A stretch of 63,568 bases of DNA, the filler included, from an uncultured Methanoregulaceae archaeon (GTDB lineage Archaea > Halobacteriota > Methanomicrobia > Methanomicrobiales > Methanospirillaceae): the NCBI GenBank assembly GCA_964530035.1. It is 14 parts of 14 records of this genome, joined end to end, with 100 filler letters (N's around TTAATTAATTAA, not from the genome) between each part and the next. Parts side by side here need not be neighbours in the genome. Positions count along the whole stretch, not along the records: positions 37,906 to 42,273 come from CAZGXZ010000184.1; positions 42,374 to 46,714 come from CAZGXZ010000185.1; positions 46,815 to 51,141 come from CAZGXZ010000186.1; 11 more parts are not named here. One strand, 5' to 3'. Below the pieces are notes generated by a model. It ran no database searches. It had not been told where the DNA came from and saw nothing but the letters and a program-made list of their open reading frames with translations. Of this stretch, positions 39,788 through 49,801 are shown piece after piece (the stretch's first letter is position 1; each line of letters starts with the position of its first letter). A program made the position numbers and the translations under genes.

Positions 39788-40648
39788 TTATAAGGCACAG
39801 GCACCCTGTACCGGAGGATACGGGTAACTGGTCATGATAAGTTCCCGTGCCCCTGTCCGCCGGTCTCCCCTGCTGTTTATGGACCTCCTGGTCAGGATCT
39901 GTGACCGGTGAAACCGGTCGTACAGCCTCTGTATTTCAACTGTGTCCGAGTTGCTTACCATGACAAAAGCCCCCCTCCGGGCAGCGGCCATGCACTCCCC
40001 GGCAAGCCTGGCCTGGTCACTGGCAGAGAACCCCCCCGGACCGTACTGGGTAAAGGAGGCTGTCCTGGATACCGGGAAGTATGGGGGATCACAATATACC
40101 AGGTCACCGTACCCCGCATCCCTAAGGGCCGATGCAAAATCCTGCTCCCTGATCGTCACCCGTTTCAGCATGGATGAAAAGGCAAGGAGCACCTGGTGGT
40201 CAGGGAGTGACACCTTTGAATACCTGCCAAACGGGACATTGAAATCCCCCTTCCGGTTGACCCTCCACAGGCCGTTGAACCCATGCCGGTTCAGATACAG
40301 AAAAATCCCCGCCCGTTCGGTCTCAAATCCAGAATATAAGCGAATTGCGTTGAACCTGGCACGATATGCAGAATATGCCTCGCTCGTATTCATGAATGTC
40401 TCGCTCGAGAGGTACTCGGCCAGGTCTCCCGGGCGTGCCTGTACGACCCGGTACAGGTTGATGAGCTCCGGGTTGGCGTCAGAAATTACCCCCCGCCCGA
40501 TGCGTTGCTGGTTATAAAGAAATGTCAGGAGGGCAGCTCCTCCCACGAACGGTTCATAATAGGTATTCCATACCGGTGGTAACCTACTTGAAAGCTCGGA
40601 TAACAACTGCCGTTTGCCTCCTGCCCATTTTACCAGCGGCTGAATCAC
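39788..40648 (-). CDS. dam: Dam/DpnM-type DNA adenine methyltransferase
   Basis: KWAGGK, EPFVGG, NGLWRVN..G.FNVPFG, DPPY and SNS motifs. Confidence 0.92.
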   Translation of the reverse strand: MIQPLVKWAGGKRQLLSELSSRLPPVWNTYYEPFVGGAALLTFLYNQQRIGRGVISDANPELINLYRVVQARPGDLAEYLSSETFMNTSEAYSAYRARFNAIRLYSGFETERAGIFLYLNRHGFNGLWRVNRKGDFNVPFGRYSKVSLPDHQVLLAFSSMLKRVTIREQDFASALRDAGYGDLVYCDPPYFPVSRTASFTQYGPGGFSASDQARLAGECMAAARRGAFVMVSNSDTVEIQRLYDRFHRSQILTRRSINSRGDRRTGARELIMTSYPYPPVQGACAL

Positions 40649-41048
40649 ATAATGAGGTTAGTACGGCCTCTATTTAGATCTTTGGGTTATTTTATCGCTA
40701 TTTTCAAAATCAGAGTCGTTTGGTTGAGCGGTTTTACCAACAGGGAGTAATGGTGCGGGTTCCCAAAAAAACATGCTGGTGTCCCAGAATTGATTTCTAT
40801 TGCTTTTAAACCCTGTTTTTCATAAACGGTGATGGCTTGTTTTTTATTCATGCGCTTACTGGGACATCATGACCGGAAGGGAAACCCTGCCGGCATCAGT
40901 CAGCACAGATGTTTTCAAATCGATACCGTCGGGATGATCCCGAACACCCGTAAAAAACATCAACAAACCCTACCGGTATATCAGAAAACGGTATCCCTGG
41001 TCCTGCCCTTCCTGTGCCGGCGCTCTATGCGTCAATACCCGGCATGGG

Positions 41049-41315
41049 TTACACGGGCAGCACCTGCTGGGTGCCATCACCCCCGTGCGGGTGGAGATGC
41101 TGCCAGTTTTTTTCCATCTCGAGGAGGACGACAAAGACCACCGCTTCAAGAGGGTCTTCAAAGGGGGGAATCCTGTCGTCGAGGTGCCGCTCGATCATCG
41201 CGATCAGGCGGTCAGCATACGGCTGTTCCCCTTTTTCAAGGGCTTTCCTCGCTCGTTTCCACCGAAGAACTGCATTTTTCATGATTATTGCCGTGCTTTC
41301 CGGTTCATACCGCAT
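41049..41315 (-). CDS. Small conserved hypothetical protein
   Basis: Coherent helical ORF (RW..ARKAL...YADRL..M...DPLEA..F.VL.E). Confidence 0.6.
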   Translation of the reverse strand: MRYEPESTAIIMKNAVLRWKRARKALEKGEQPYADRLIAMIERHLDDRIPPFEDPLEAVVFVVLLEMEKNWQHLHPHGGDGTQQVLPV

Positions 41316-41582
41316 GGCTGGCCTCACTGGTCCCTTCGGGATGGTGGGCCCGCCGGTGGGATGAAGGAGGTGTGCATGCAGGACGAAAGTGGGTTGCGAA
41401 AAAAGGAGTTCCGTTGAAGTCTGATTCAACAGAGTAAAAAAATTAATTTTAACGAATAATTCTTCCTTCCTTCCCATAATTGTCAGGCTATTTGCATTAT
41501 TGAAGAAACGGGATCTGGAATATTTCTAACCTTTCAGAACGTTTCCAGACCTTGCCGGATAACAGTGGCATCACCTTTCCCG

Positions 41583-41896
41583 GTATCCAATAAACATCAA
41601 CCCTTCAGTGGTGGCTTCGCCCCCACTCCCCTGACAAGATTCCCAGCTGCCCCCGAAGGGCGCCCCGGCGGCGGTCTCCCGCTCCATCATTCATATTTCG
41701 AAGTGAAAAAAAAATCCTCGCTGAAGACGAAAAACTACAAAAACATGTGACAAATAACCCTGATAAAGGAATCGCCAACGGCTTGCCATGGCTATCGTAT
41801 GCAGGGGGTTTGGGGGGCGGCATCCCCCCGGTTCCAATCCCTCTCGCCCTCTGCCTGCTCAAGGTGAAACCAAAAAAATTGGCCCTGTTAGAACCC
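41583..41896 (+). repeat. Dispersed ~310-bp hairpin-rich non-coding element, copy 1
   Basis: Colinear with the reverse complement of 61674-61986; shared blocks GCCCCCGAAGGGCGCCCCGGCGGCGGTCTC and AATCGCCAACGGCTTGCCATG. Confidence 0.9.
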
Positions 41897-41943
41897 ACGT
41901 GAAAGGGAGTTTATACCCCCTCATGTGCGTTTCAACAGAGCCT

Positions 41944-42273
41944 TTAAAATGTCTTTTTGAGGATTTCGGTGACGTCCTCGATGGATTTCCGGTCTGTTGA
42001 GTCCTTCCAGGCAGACCTGTTTCCAATCGTGATGATCTGGCGAATGTCCTGGTAGGAGAGTCCTGAAAATGAAATCTTCTCCCAGACGGAACGATCAAGG
42101 TACACCCAGCATTCCCCGAGCATACGTTCCAGGACAACGGTGTCGTCCCGGGTCAGCATGTTCCAGTCGCCCCCTATACCCTGACGGATCTTTTTTATCG
42201 CGGTTTCGACACCTTTCCCCTTGTGGACCTGGAACAACCTCCTGCCCACCTCGGTCTTTGACACTTCCGGCAT
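41944..42273 (-). CDS. Hypothetical protein
   Basis: 109-aa ORF starting at the contig edge, protein-like composition. Confidence 0.6.
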   Translation of the reverse strand: MPEVSKTEVGRRLFQVHKGKGVETAIKKIRQGIGGDWNMLTRDDTVVLERMLGECWVYLDRSVWEKISFSGLSYQDIRQIITIGNRSAWKDSTDRKSIEDVTEILKKTF

Positions 42274-42373
42274 NNNNNNNNNNNNNNNNNNNNNNNNNNN
42301 NNNNNNNNNNNNNNNNNTTAATTAATTAANNNNNNNNNNNNNNNNNNNNNNNNNNNNNNNNNNNNNNNNNNNN

Positions 42374-42555
42374 TGAGCGATGCCACGAAACGGTGGCTCA
42401 CCTTCGACCACCCGCCCGCCGAGCAGGAGAGCCTGCTCCACCAGGTCGCCGAGGCGGAGGCCCGGAAATGCGATACCTACACGGTATCCGTCCCCTCGGC
42501 ATGGTACCAAATTGAGTACGGCCTCATCAGGGCCTCCGGCAAAGGGATGGCCTGA
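42374..42555 (+). CDS. Small hypothetical protein (5' truncated)
   Basis: Hand translation SDATKRWLTFDHPPAEQ...GKGMA*; stop lies 1 nt before the next ATG. Confidence 0.45.
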
Positions 42556-42556
42556 C

Positions 42557-43330
42557 ATGAACCGGCTCACCCGCAGGCAGAAACTGGTCATCGGAGGCTG
42601 TGCCTTTGCATGCCTCGCCGCCGGGATTGTCCTCGGGCCGTGCCATGCCCGGGCCGCCACGGTCGATATCGCCTGCACCTCGGCCGCCTCGGACTACACC
42701 ATCGGCCTGTCAGACATGGCCTGGGCGGCGTCGGACGGCGACATGACCGGCATCCCGCCGCTCGGAATTGGGCAGGAGGTCATCACCGGGGGACACCGGG
42801 AACAGCTCCTGGTGTCCGGGCCGGCCCGGTACTATAGTTTGAAGGGCCTCAACAATACGGAGATCATCCGGTTCGGTTCGGAGAACGCCCTGGACTCGGA
42901 GGGACCTGGTATGTACGAGGAAAGCCACTGGGTCGACTCCTGCGGGTCGGCAACCTCCGGGGTGGACTGCGCCTCCGGGGATGAATTAAACCGGGACGGG
43001 GCGAACTTCACCGCAACTCCATACTGCGAACGCCTCGTCACCACGAACTCCTTCATGGCCGACCGGCTCACCTACCGCTCGTCCGGGGAGATCACCCAGG
43101 CCGATTCGAACCTGCCTGACAGCCTTCTCTCGGACACAAACACGACAGGTCATGGCACCGGGTCATTCAGGGCGGTTGGCGGGACGAAGGCTGGTATCGG
43201 GAACACCAATGACCTTGGTTACACCAACGAACTCCAGGAACAGGTGCACGTCGGCGGCTCCTTCGACCTCGCCGGGAAGGTCCGCTGGACCAGCTTCAGA
43301 AAGTCGTTCGAACTCCCGGGATATGCATGA
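42557..43330 (+). CDS. Secreted Gly/Ser/Thr-rich hypothetical protein
   Basis: MNRLTRRQK + hydrophobic segment + ARA cleavage-like site; beta-rich body. Confidence 0.65.
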   Translation: MNRLTRRQKLVIGGCAFACLAAGIVLGPCHARAATVDIACTSAASDYTIGLSDMAWAASDGDMTGIPPLGIGQEVITGGHREQLLVSGPARYYSLKGLNNTEIIRFGSENALDSEGPGMYEESHWVDSCGSATSGVDCASGDELNRDGANFTATPYCERLVTTNSFMADRLTYRSSGEITQADSNLPDSLLSDTNTTGHGTGSFRAVGGTKAGIGNTNDLGYTNELQEQVHVGGSFDLAGKVRWTSFRKSFELPGYA

Positions 43331-43743
43331 AAATGAGGGAAAGATGCTCATTCTTCCATTCGACGGGTAAGGGTCCTCCCTGCAGATGACACAACCCCCG
43401 GGGAGGTCCCGAAGTCCGGGAAACGCGCCTTTCTTAAGTACATTCCTGGTTTCCACGCTGTTATGCAGACCGGGAAAAATCTCCCCGGACCTGATGAGGT
43501 TTGTCCCGGTGGAGACATCACTCGCGGCGGAAAATGAGAGGTTTGCCTGTAGTACGTCCATGAACCTCTGATGGGTATTTTTTAATGGGCCAGGAACCCG
43601 CACACAGGATTTCACATCCCGGTCCTCTTTCTCCACCCGCCCCGGGCATGCCGGGGGCATGGAGCAGATTTTCGTCGGTGCAGTCCGGCGTCCATCTGAT
43701 AAAAATGGATCCATTTATCTGTTTTTCCTTATCAGTACCGTAT

Positions 43744-44418
43744 ATGGGAAGAAATGGATTGCCTTTGCTTTTTGCCCTTTTCCTGATTATCCTGATATCG
43801 ACCATCCCCCCGGTTTCTGCAAAAACCGCTGAACAGTGGTACAATGAAGGATTAAAATATGGCAGTCAGGGGAAATACACGGAAGAAATCCAGGCGTATG
43901 ACGAGGCCCTGGTACTTGACCCCGGCTATGTGAAGGCGTTATACAACAAAGGGAGAGCATTGGATGATCTTAACAGGCTGAATGATGCCATCGCAACCTA
44001 TCAGAAGGTACTTACAATCGACCCGAAACATGCAGACGCCCTGTACAACATGGCGTACGATTTCAATGAACTGGGGAGGTACCAGGAAGCCCTTGACACA
44101 TACGAGAAAGTAATCCAGATAGAGCCCAATGCGCATGATGCCTGGTCGAATAAAGGCTATTCACTCTACTTCCTGGGAAGGTACCAGGAGGCACTCGATG
44201 CGGCTGACAAGGCCCTTGCGATAAATCCCAATTACCCGGAGGCCCAGCAGGTCAAAAGCAGGGCACAGGCAAAAATTAACAGCAATACGGGATCTTCCGC
44301 GGGGATCACAGCCTCCCCTCCAACCACTAGGGCAGCTCCTCTTGTTGAAGCCCCCCTTGTATCAGTGGTTATTGGAGCGTTATGGGTCTCAACCAGGAAA
44401 AAGACTTTTTTTCCATGA
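43744..44418 (+). CDS. Secreted TPR-repeat protein with C-terminal membrane anchor
   Basis: Signal peptide, about 4 TPR repeats, Thr/Pro linker, TM helix and basic tail (sorting-signal-like). Confidence 0.85.
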   Translation: MGRNGLPLLFALFLIILISTIPPVSAKTAEQWYNEGLKYGSQGKYTEEIQAYDEALVLDPGYVKALYNKGRALDDLNRLNDAIATYQKVLTIDPKHADALYNMAYDFNELGRYQEALDTYEKVIQIEPNAHDAWSNKGYSLYFLGRYQEALDAADKALAINPNYPEAQQVKSRAQAKINSNTGSSAGITASPPTTRAAPLVEAPLVSVVIGALWVSTRKKTFFP

Positions 44419-44643
44419 ATCCCATTTCAACAACCTGACCTGATGGAATGATTGCCACGGGTGACTCGGCGATCTCACGAATGTGTGATCATACGGTTCT
44501 CCCACGTGGGTCTCGATGAAAAGATGGAGTGTACGAATACGTGTCAACCTCCAGGGTAACCGCTCCTCCTGATACGCCCTCCCAGGAACCCTTTTTCCGC
44601 CAACCCTTATCCCCGCCCCTGACCAACCGTACCGCACCGTCCC

Positions 44644-45192
44644 ATGCAGATCGCCACCCCCAGCTCCCTCCTCCGCGACTGGACCCCGGAAGACATCCCT
44701 GCACTCGCCCGGAACGCTGACGACCCCCGGGTCGCAGCCATGATGAGGGACGGCTTTCCGTCGCCATATACAGAGGAGGACGCCGGGCGGTTCATCGCCA
44801 TGGCAACCTCCCCGGACGCTCCCGGGCTGTTCCTCGCGATTGACGTGGACGGAGAGGCTTCGGGCGGCATCGGCATTCACCCATTTTCCGACGTGTACCG
44901 GCGGACCGCCGAGATCGGCTACTGGCTCCCGCCGTCCCTGTGGGGGAGGGGAATTGCCACCGACGCCGTGCGGGCGCTTGTCCCGGTGGCATTCGCGGCG
45001 TATGACATCGTCAGGCTCCAGGCCGGCGTCTTCTCTGGCAACCCGGCCTCTGGCAGGGTGCTTGAAAAGTGTGGCTTCGTCCGGGAGGCGGTCCACCGGC
45101 ACGCCGTCACGAAAAATGGCCGGCTCCTCGACGAAATCCTGTACGTCCGTTTCAGGACGGATGCTCCTGACCAGGATACCGCGGAGCAGTAA
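44644..45192 (+). CDS. GNAT acetyltransferase (RimJ/RimL family)
   Basis: AEIGYWL...WGRGIAT, N.AS.RVLEKCGF..E. Confidence 0.92.
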   Translation: MQIATPSSLLRDWTPEDIPALARNADDPRVAAMMRDGFPSPYTEEDAGRFIAMATSPDAPGLFLAIDVDGEASGGIGIHPFSDVYRRTAEIGYWLPPSLWGRGIATDAVRALVPVAFAAYDIVRLQAGVFSGNPASGRVLEKCGFVREAVHRHAVTKNGRLLDEILYVRFRTDAPDQDTAEQ

Positions 45193-45445
45193 CCACTAAA
45201 AGAGCGTGTCGCGGCCCGCTGCTTCATGAAGTCTTTAGCCACCCCGGGGGAGACCTCCGCCGTGCCAGTCACTCTATTCAATCCTGCTGTTCCTGTTTTT
45301 CATGACGGGGGCCATCTCCTGTGGATGCGTCCATGACCTGACCCACGGGTCTCACGTGACGGGTATGATAGACGTGCTAACGCATTCTGATGACCGGCAA
45401 GTTTTATATACTTTTAATGCTGCAACGCTTTAAACCGGAGATATC

Positions 45446-46642
45446 ATGAAAAAAAGACCAGGCCGTTCAATTCTTCACGTCGTTTTGCTTATCATGGTCA
45501 TTTCTTTGGCCTTCACCATTTTCAACACCGTTCCTGCGGTGGATGCCGCCGAGGGTGCCGCTCCCCTGCTCGCCAACCAGGACGCAGTGGCAACCCCAGT
45601 ACCGACTATCACCCAGGCTGCCCAGGTCCTGCCGACCCAGTACAGCCAGGGGTCGATGCTCCTTGTCGTCGCCATCATCCTCCTTCTTGGCGGGATGTTC
45701 GTCCTCCTCCTGTGGTGGTCCAATAAGCTCGACCAGGCCAGCTACCTCGGGAGGTTGTACCGGGACACCATCGAGGAGATCGAGTACCAGCGCATCGCCA
45801 CGGTGCTGCGGGAAAGATTTGCAAAGCGGGAATTTCACACCGAAGTCCTGGAGGACCCAGAATGGCTGGCTAACAACCCGAAACCTGAGTTGCCCCCGGA
45901 GATTGAAAATTTGTTTGCAGACTCCAGCCATGAAGCCTATCCTTATGAATTCGAGGGATCCAATTCGCTCATCCTAGTGGATTCCAAATTGAAAAAAGCG
46001 GCGGAAGATTATAATTTAAAAAAGAGTGTTTGGGATAAAAAGGTAGAGACTGAGGCTATACGGCGGTACCGGAAAGAATTGAGCCTCGGCCGTGAGAAGG
46101 CAAAAGGTCGGGCCGACAGTGCCGTATCCGTGGACCTCTCGGTACTCCGGGGCCGGGGCACGGAGTTCGTCCTCGAATTCACGACCGTGGTCGTGATCAT
46201 CTTCGCGGCCGTCATCCTCGGCATCCTCCAGATCCTCGACACACAGCAGATCGGCACGCTCCTTGCCGCGATAGCGGGTTACGTCCTCGGGCGGGCGACG
46301 ACCCGGACGAAGGACTCCGAGACGGTCACTCCTGCGAAGATTACCGAGCTTTCCGAGCTTGTCCTCGCTTCAAAAGGGATTACAAGAACCCCGACGGGAA
46401 CGGATTTACCCCAGAAACCAGCACAGGAAACAACAACCCAGACCAAAATAGACGAGCTGATTACCCTCTTAAAGGCCCAGGGTGCAAAGGAGACGCCAAA
46501 GCCACCCTCCGGAGGGACTCCTGCCGGGCCGCTACCAAAGGAACCTGATGTACCGGCCGCAGAGAACGCACCGGCGGCACCAGGTGCGCCCACGGGACAG
46601 GACGTACCAGTGAATACAGGAGACAGTCCCCCGGGACAGTGA
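45446..46642 (+). CDS. Hypothetical membrane protein
   Basis: Signal peptide, 3 TM segments, Pro-rich tail. Confidence 0.7.
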   Translation: MKKRPGRSILHVVLLIMVISLAFTIFNTVPAVDAAEGAAPLLANQDAVATPVPTITQAAQVLPTQYSQGSMLLVVAIILLLGGMFVLLLWWSNKLDQASYLGRLYRDTIEEIEYQRIATVLRERFAKREFHTEVLEDPEWLANNPKPELPPEIENLFADSSHEAYPYEFEGSNSLILVDSKLKKAAEDYNLKKSVWDKKVETEAIRRYRKELSLGREKAKGRADSAVSVDLSVLRGRGTEFVLEFTTVVVIIFAAVILGILQILDTQQIGTLLAAIAGYVLGRATTRTKDSETVTPAKITELSELVLASKGITRTPTGTDLPQKPAQETTTQTKIDELITLLKAQGAKETPKPPSGGTPAGPLPKEPDVPAAENAPAAPGAPTGQDVPVNTGDSPPGQ

Positions 46643-46814
46643 ACCGGATCCAAAACCTGCAGACATTTCCGGGAAGCGGTTCCCGGGCCTGGACGGGAAG
46701 GTGAACGTTCCGGGNNNNNNNNNNNNNNNNNNNNNNNNNNNNNNNNNNNNNNNNNNNNTTAATTAATTAANNNNNNNNNNNNNNNNNNNNNNNNNNNNNN
46801 NNNNNNNNNNNNNN

Positions 46815-48696
46815 CCCGCTGCATGAACCGGAGCACCGCATTCGCCTTGATCAGGTCGAGCAGCATCTCAGGGTTCCTCCGGTTCGAATGCGCCAGGAAC
46901 CGGATCCGGGTGGCAAACGGGATGGTGACGAAGAACATCTGCCGCCCGACAATCTCCCAGATCGCCTGGCAGGTCAGGACCTCGGGAGATTCGCGGTTCT
47001 GGTCCTCGGGAGGAGCAAGGTCCCGCAGCAGGATACGGACCAGGACCCGGTCATCCTGCTCGGCAGAATCATCGATCCAGCAGGTGAGCATCCGGTTGAA
47101 GACCTGGTCATCACCGGCCCCCTCCACCTTCGCAACCCACCAGATGCACCGCTCGGGGATGGTGCAGACCTGCCCCTTGCGGTCCTTGCTGACCGTCCGG
47201 TAGAGGAACGGCTCCCGGAAGGAGGTGGTGACCCCTTTCAGGATCTCTGCCATGTCCTCCGAGAGCGTGGTATCATCAAAGACGATCACCGACCCCGGTT
47301 GCAGGTTCTCCACGTAGAACAGGGCCTTGTTGCTCATCCTTCCTGCCAGCCGGAACCGCTTCGGGACCTGCTGGAGCAGGGTGGTGAAGGCATGACTCTT
47401 CCCCTTTCCACTCTCCCCGGTGACCGAGACGTGCAGGCCATTGGTGTTCAGGACCGATCGGGAGGCAAGGGAAAGGATCATGCACTCGGCCGGCACCTCG
47501 TCGCCTTCATGGTCGAGGGCAAAGGTCCGGAGCATGACCTGTTTCGGATCGCTGTCTTTGAGGATGGCAAGCGCCTCCTCCCTTAACGGGAGCTCATCCA
47601 ATGCGATGGGTGGAGAGGGACCGGAGCGGGATCCCGGGATGGGTCCTCCCGGTCCTGAGGGTGGCCGGGCCGGTCCTGTTTTTTTCCGATCAGCGAGCGG
47701 TTCGAACCGTTCCCGCAGCTCCTGCCACCGCTGAGCACCTGCCCCGCAGGAGGCATGATGGCACCCGGCATAGATGGCTCCGCTGGGGAATTGAATGGCA
47801 AACGCTCCATCCCGGTGAGTACCAGAGAAGGGGCACTCGTCAAGGAGATAGAGGGTCCCGCCCTGGTAGGGTTTCTCCCCCCTTACGGCGATGTGATGGT
47901 CCCTGAGCCAATGCGCAAGGTTGATCGGCTGCTTCGCTCCGGCAGTTCGATTCGATATCGGGCCTGGAGAGGTCTCAGGGAGGGCGGCTGCCAGCCGTTC
48001 CAGGACCTCCTTACCCACTACCTCCACTTCTTCCGGGACCGAGATGAGGCGTGACCTTCGATGAGGCCGGTCGGGGGTATTGTCACCCTTCCGGCTCATC
48101 GTCCCGTAGAGCTTCCAAATCCGGGCGGCGTTGTGGTTCGCGGTATCGACGGTCGTCCGATCATCATCAAAGAGAGCGGACAATATCTCGAGACCCCGCT
48201 TCACCAGGTCCCGGCTCCCGTCATCGTTCGGAAGGTCGATTCGGTAGAGGAGATGAGCCCCATTCCCTGAGTCAGCGAAGACTGGTTCTGGCCAGCCCAT
48301 CCCGCCCAGGTAATCGGCTATCCAGGCGGCGCAATCCAAAGCGGCCTGGTGCTCCTCATCCGTAGAAGAGACTCCTGACGGCCGGACCGGGTCCACATCG
48401 ATCGGGAACCAGTGCCGGCGCAGGATGTCGGTATCAGCCGTGGTGGCATCCTTCTTCGAGAGCCGGGTCTTGATCCGGTTTGCCCTCCGGGAAAGCAGGG
48501 CAGGATTCACCTCGTTCAGGGTGACATAGATCCCCTGCATCCCCGAAAGCCCATCCAGGGTGTTTACCCGTTCAGCGAGCTGCTCCGGGTCATCGAAGTA
48601 TCCACTGGCCATCCCCTCATCGGTGATCGCCCTGACCTCGATGACCTGGCCAGGAGAGAAGAGGACCCGGACAGCGTGAAGCACGTCATCGGTCAT
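46815..48696 (-). CDS. AEP primase-polymerase / Zn-finger / P-loop helicase replication protein (3' truncated)
   Basis: IDVDP (DxD), DSGNGAHL, CPF..H...CHHASC, Walker A GESGKGKS, Walker B IVFDD. Confidence 0.8.
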
Positions 48697-48910
48697 AATC
48701 CTCTACCCTCTTCATCCTGCAGTCACAATCTCGGCAAGAACACCCTGATTCCGAAGTGAGACCAATCGCTTCCCCGACCGTCACTTCGCTGCCACAGCGG
48801 TGACAACGGGCGAACACATCGTGCCGGTCCCACGAATGAGCCCCACAGATCGGGCAGACCAGGTCGCCTGCATCTCCCGATGCGGTGACGATGACACTCG
48901 TATGGGTCAA
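48686..48910 (-). CDS. Small Zn-finger protein
   Basis: CPICG..CHRC and CSCRDCDC; overlaps both neighbours. Confidence 0.6.
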   Translation of the reverse strand: MTHTSVIVTASGDAGDLVCPICGAHSWDRHDVFARCHRCGSEVTVGEAIGLTSESGCSCRDCDCRMKRVEDYDR

Positions 48911-49278
48911 TCCATCACCTCGGCAAGACCCCCAGGCAGGACCTCGTAGATCAACCAGCCCTCCTGACCGGAGTAGATCCAGAACTGGACAGAACCCCCA
49001 ACCGCCAGCGGGAGATTCTTGAGCTGTTCAATCTCCCCGGGCCACCGGGAAATGACATTGGCAGCCCCGGAAACCGGCCGGCGGGCACGCTTCACCCGTA
49101 TAAAGATCGGGTGGTTCCGGTCCTCCCATGCAATAAGGTGGATAAGGGAGTCGGACCCTGTTGACCGGAATACCGCATATCCCCTCTTCCGCAGGATAGC
49201 CAGGGCAAGGAACTCTGCCGCCCTGCCTTGTTGGATAGTGGTCCTGTGCGAGGGGTGGTTCCTATCAATCCCCGGCAT
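48907..49278 (-). CDS. Hjc-like PD-(D/E)XK-fold protein, apparently with degenerate catalytic residues
   Basis: G..AE..A..IL..RGY.V.R..GS....(H)LIA.....I(R)VK. Confidence 0.65.
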   Translation of the reverse strand: MPGIDRNHPSHRTTIQQGRAAEFLALAILRKRGYAVFRSTGSDSLIHLIAWEDRNHPIFIRVKRARRPVSGAANVISRWPGEIEQLKNLPLAVGGSVQFWIYSGQEGWLIYEVLPGGLAEVMD

Positions 49279-49420
49279 GGGGATCCGGCTCCTGGTAGTC
49301 CGGGTGTGCCTGGCAGTGTGGATTGGGACAGATCCTGTCCTCTGGGATGGTGCAGACCAGTTTGGTCCATTTCCCCTCCTTCCGGCTCTTGAAGAAAGGA
49401 CACTTCTTTGCCTTCTTCAT
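49265..49420 (-). CDS. Small Cys/His-rich protein
   Basis: MKKAKKCPFF...C...CPNPHCQAHP; GAGGT RBS; overlaps the next gene. Confidence 0.5.
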   Translation of the reverse strand: MKKAKKCPFFKSRKEGKWTKLVCTIPEDRICPNPHCQAHPDYQEPDPHAGD

Positions 49421-49565
49421 AGCCGATGACGACCTCATGCCGAATCCCATCAAGACACCCCCGTAGGTGCGCGATAAGAAGGTTTTTTACTGTGCGCAAA
49501 CAGGAGAATATTGGCTCTTCCCTTTGTAGTGAAGCTTGGGAGGCAACATTCGGGGGGAGGGCCCA

Positions 49566-49778
49566 CTATTCTGGACATGCGTGTTCCTCATCGGCGATGA
49601 TGATCAACCCACGGTCGACAAAAAACTGCCCGATACCCTGAAAGCCGGTGTGGCGTTCATAGGCTTCCAGGGCTTCTCTTCGTGTATGTAACACATCTCT
49701 CTCCAATTTATCACCTGTATGAACCCATGCAAACAGGAAGAGAGGGAGGGCAAAATTTGGTGTCTGGGTCTCATACAC
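49566..49778 (-). CDS. Small hypothetical protein in the integrative element
   Basis: 70-aa ORF directly after the integrase. Confidence 0.4.
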   Translation of the reverse strand: MYETQTPNFALPLFLFAWVHTGDKLERDVLHTRREALEAYERHTGFQGIGQFFVDRGLIIIADEEHACPE

Positions 49779-49801
49779 AGAAAAAAAAGTATGAGCCCTT
49801 G

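Noticed and set aside
41565..42000. Short ORFs over the 310-bp repeat sharing PPAYDSHGKPLAI with 61366-61806
   Set aside because: The peptide similarity follows from the DNA repeat; starts, lengths and flanking frames are not conserved between copies.
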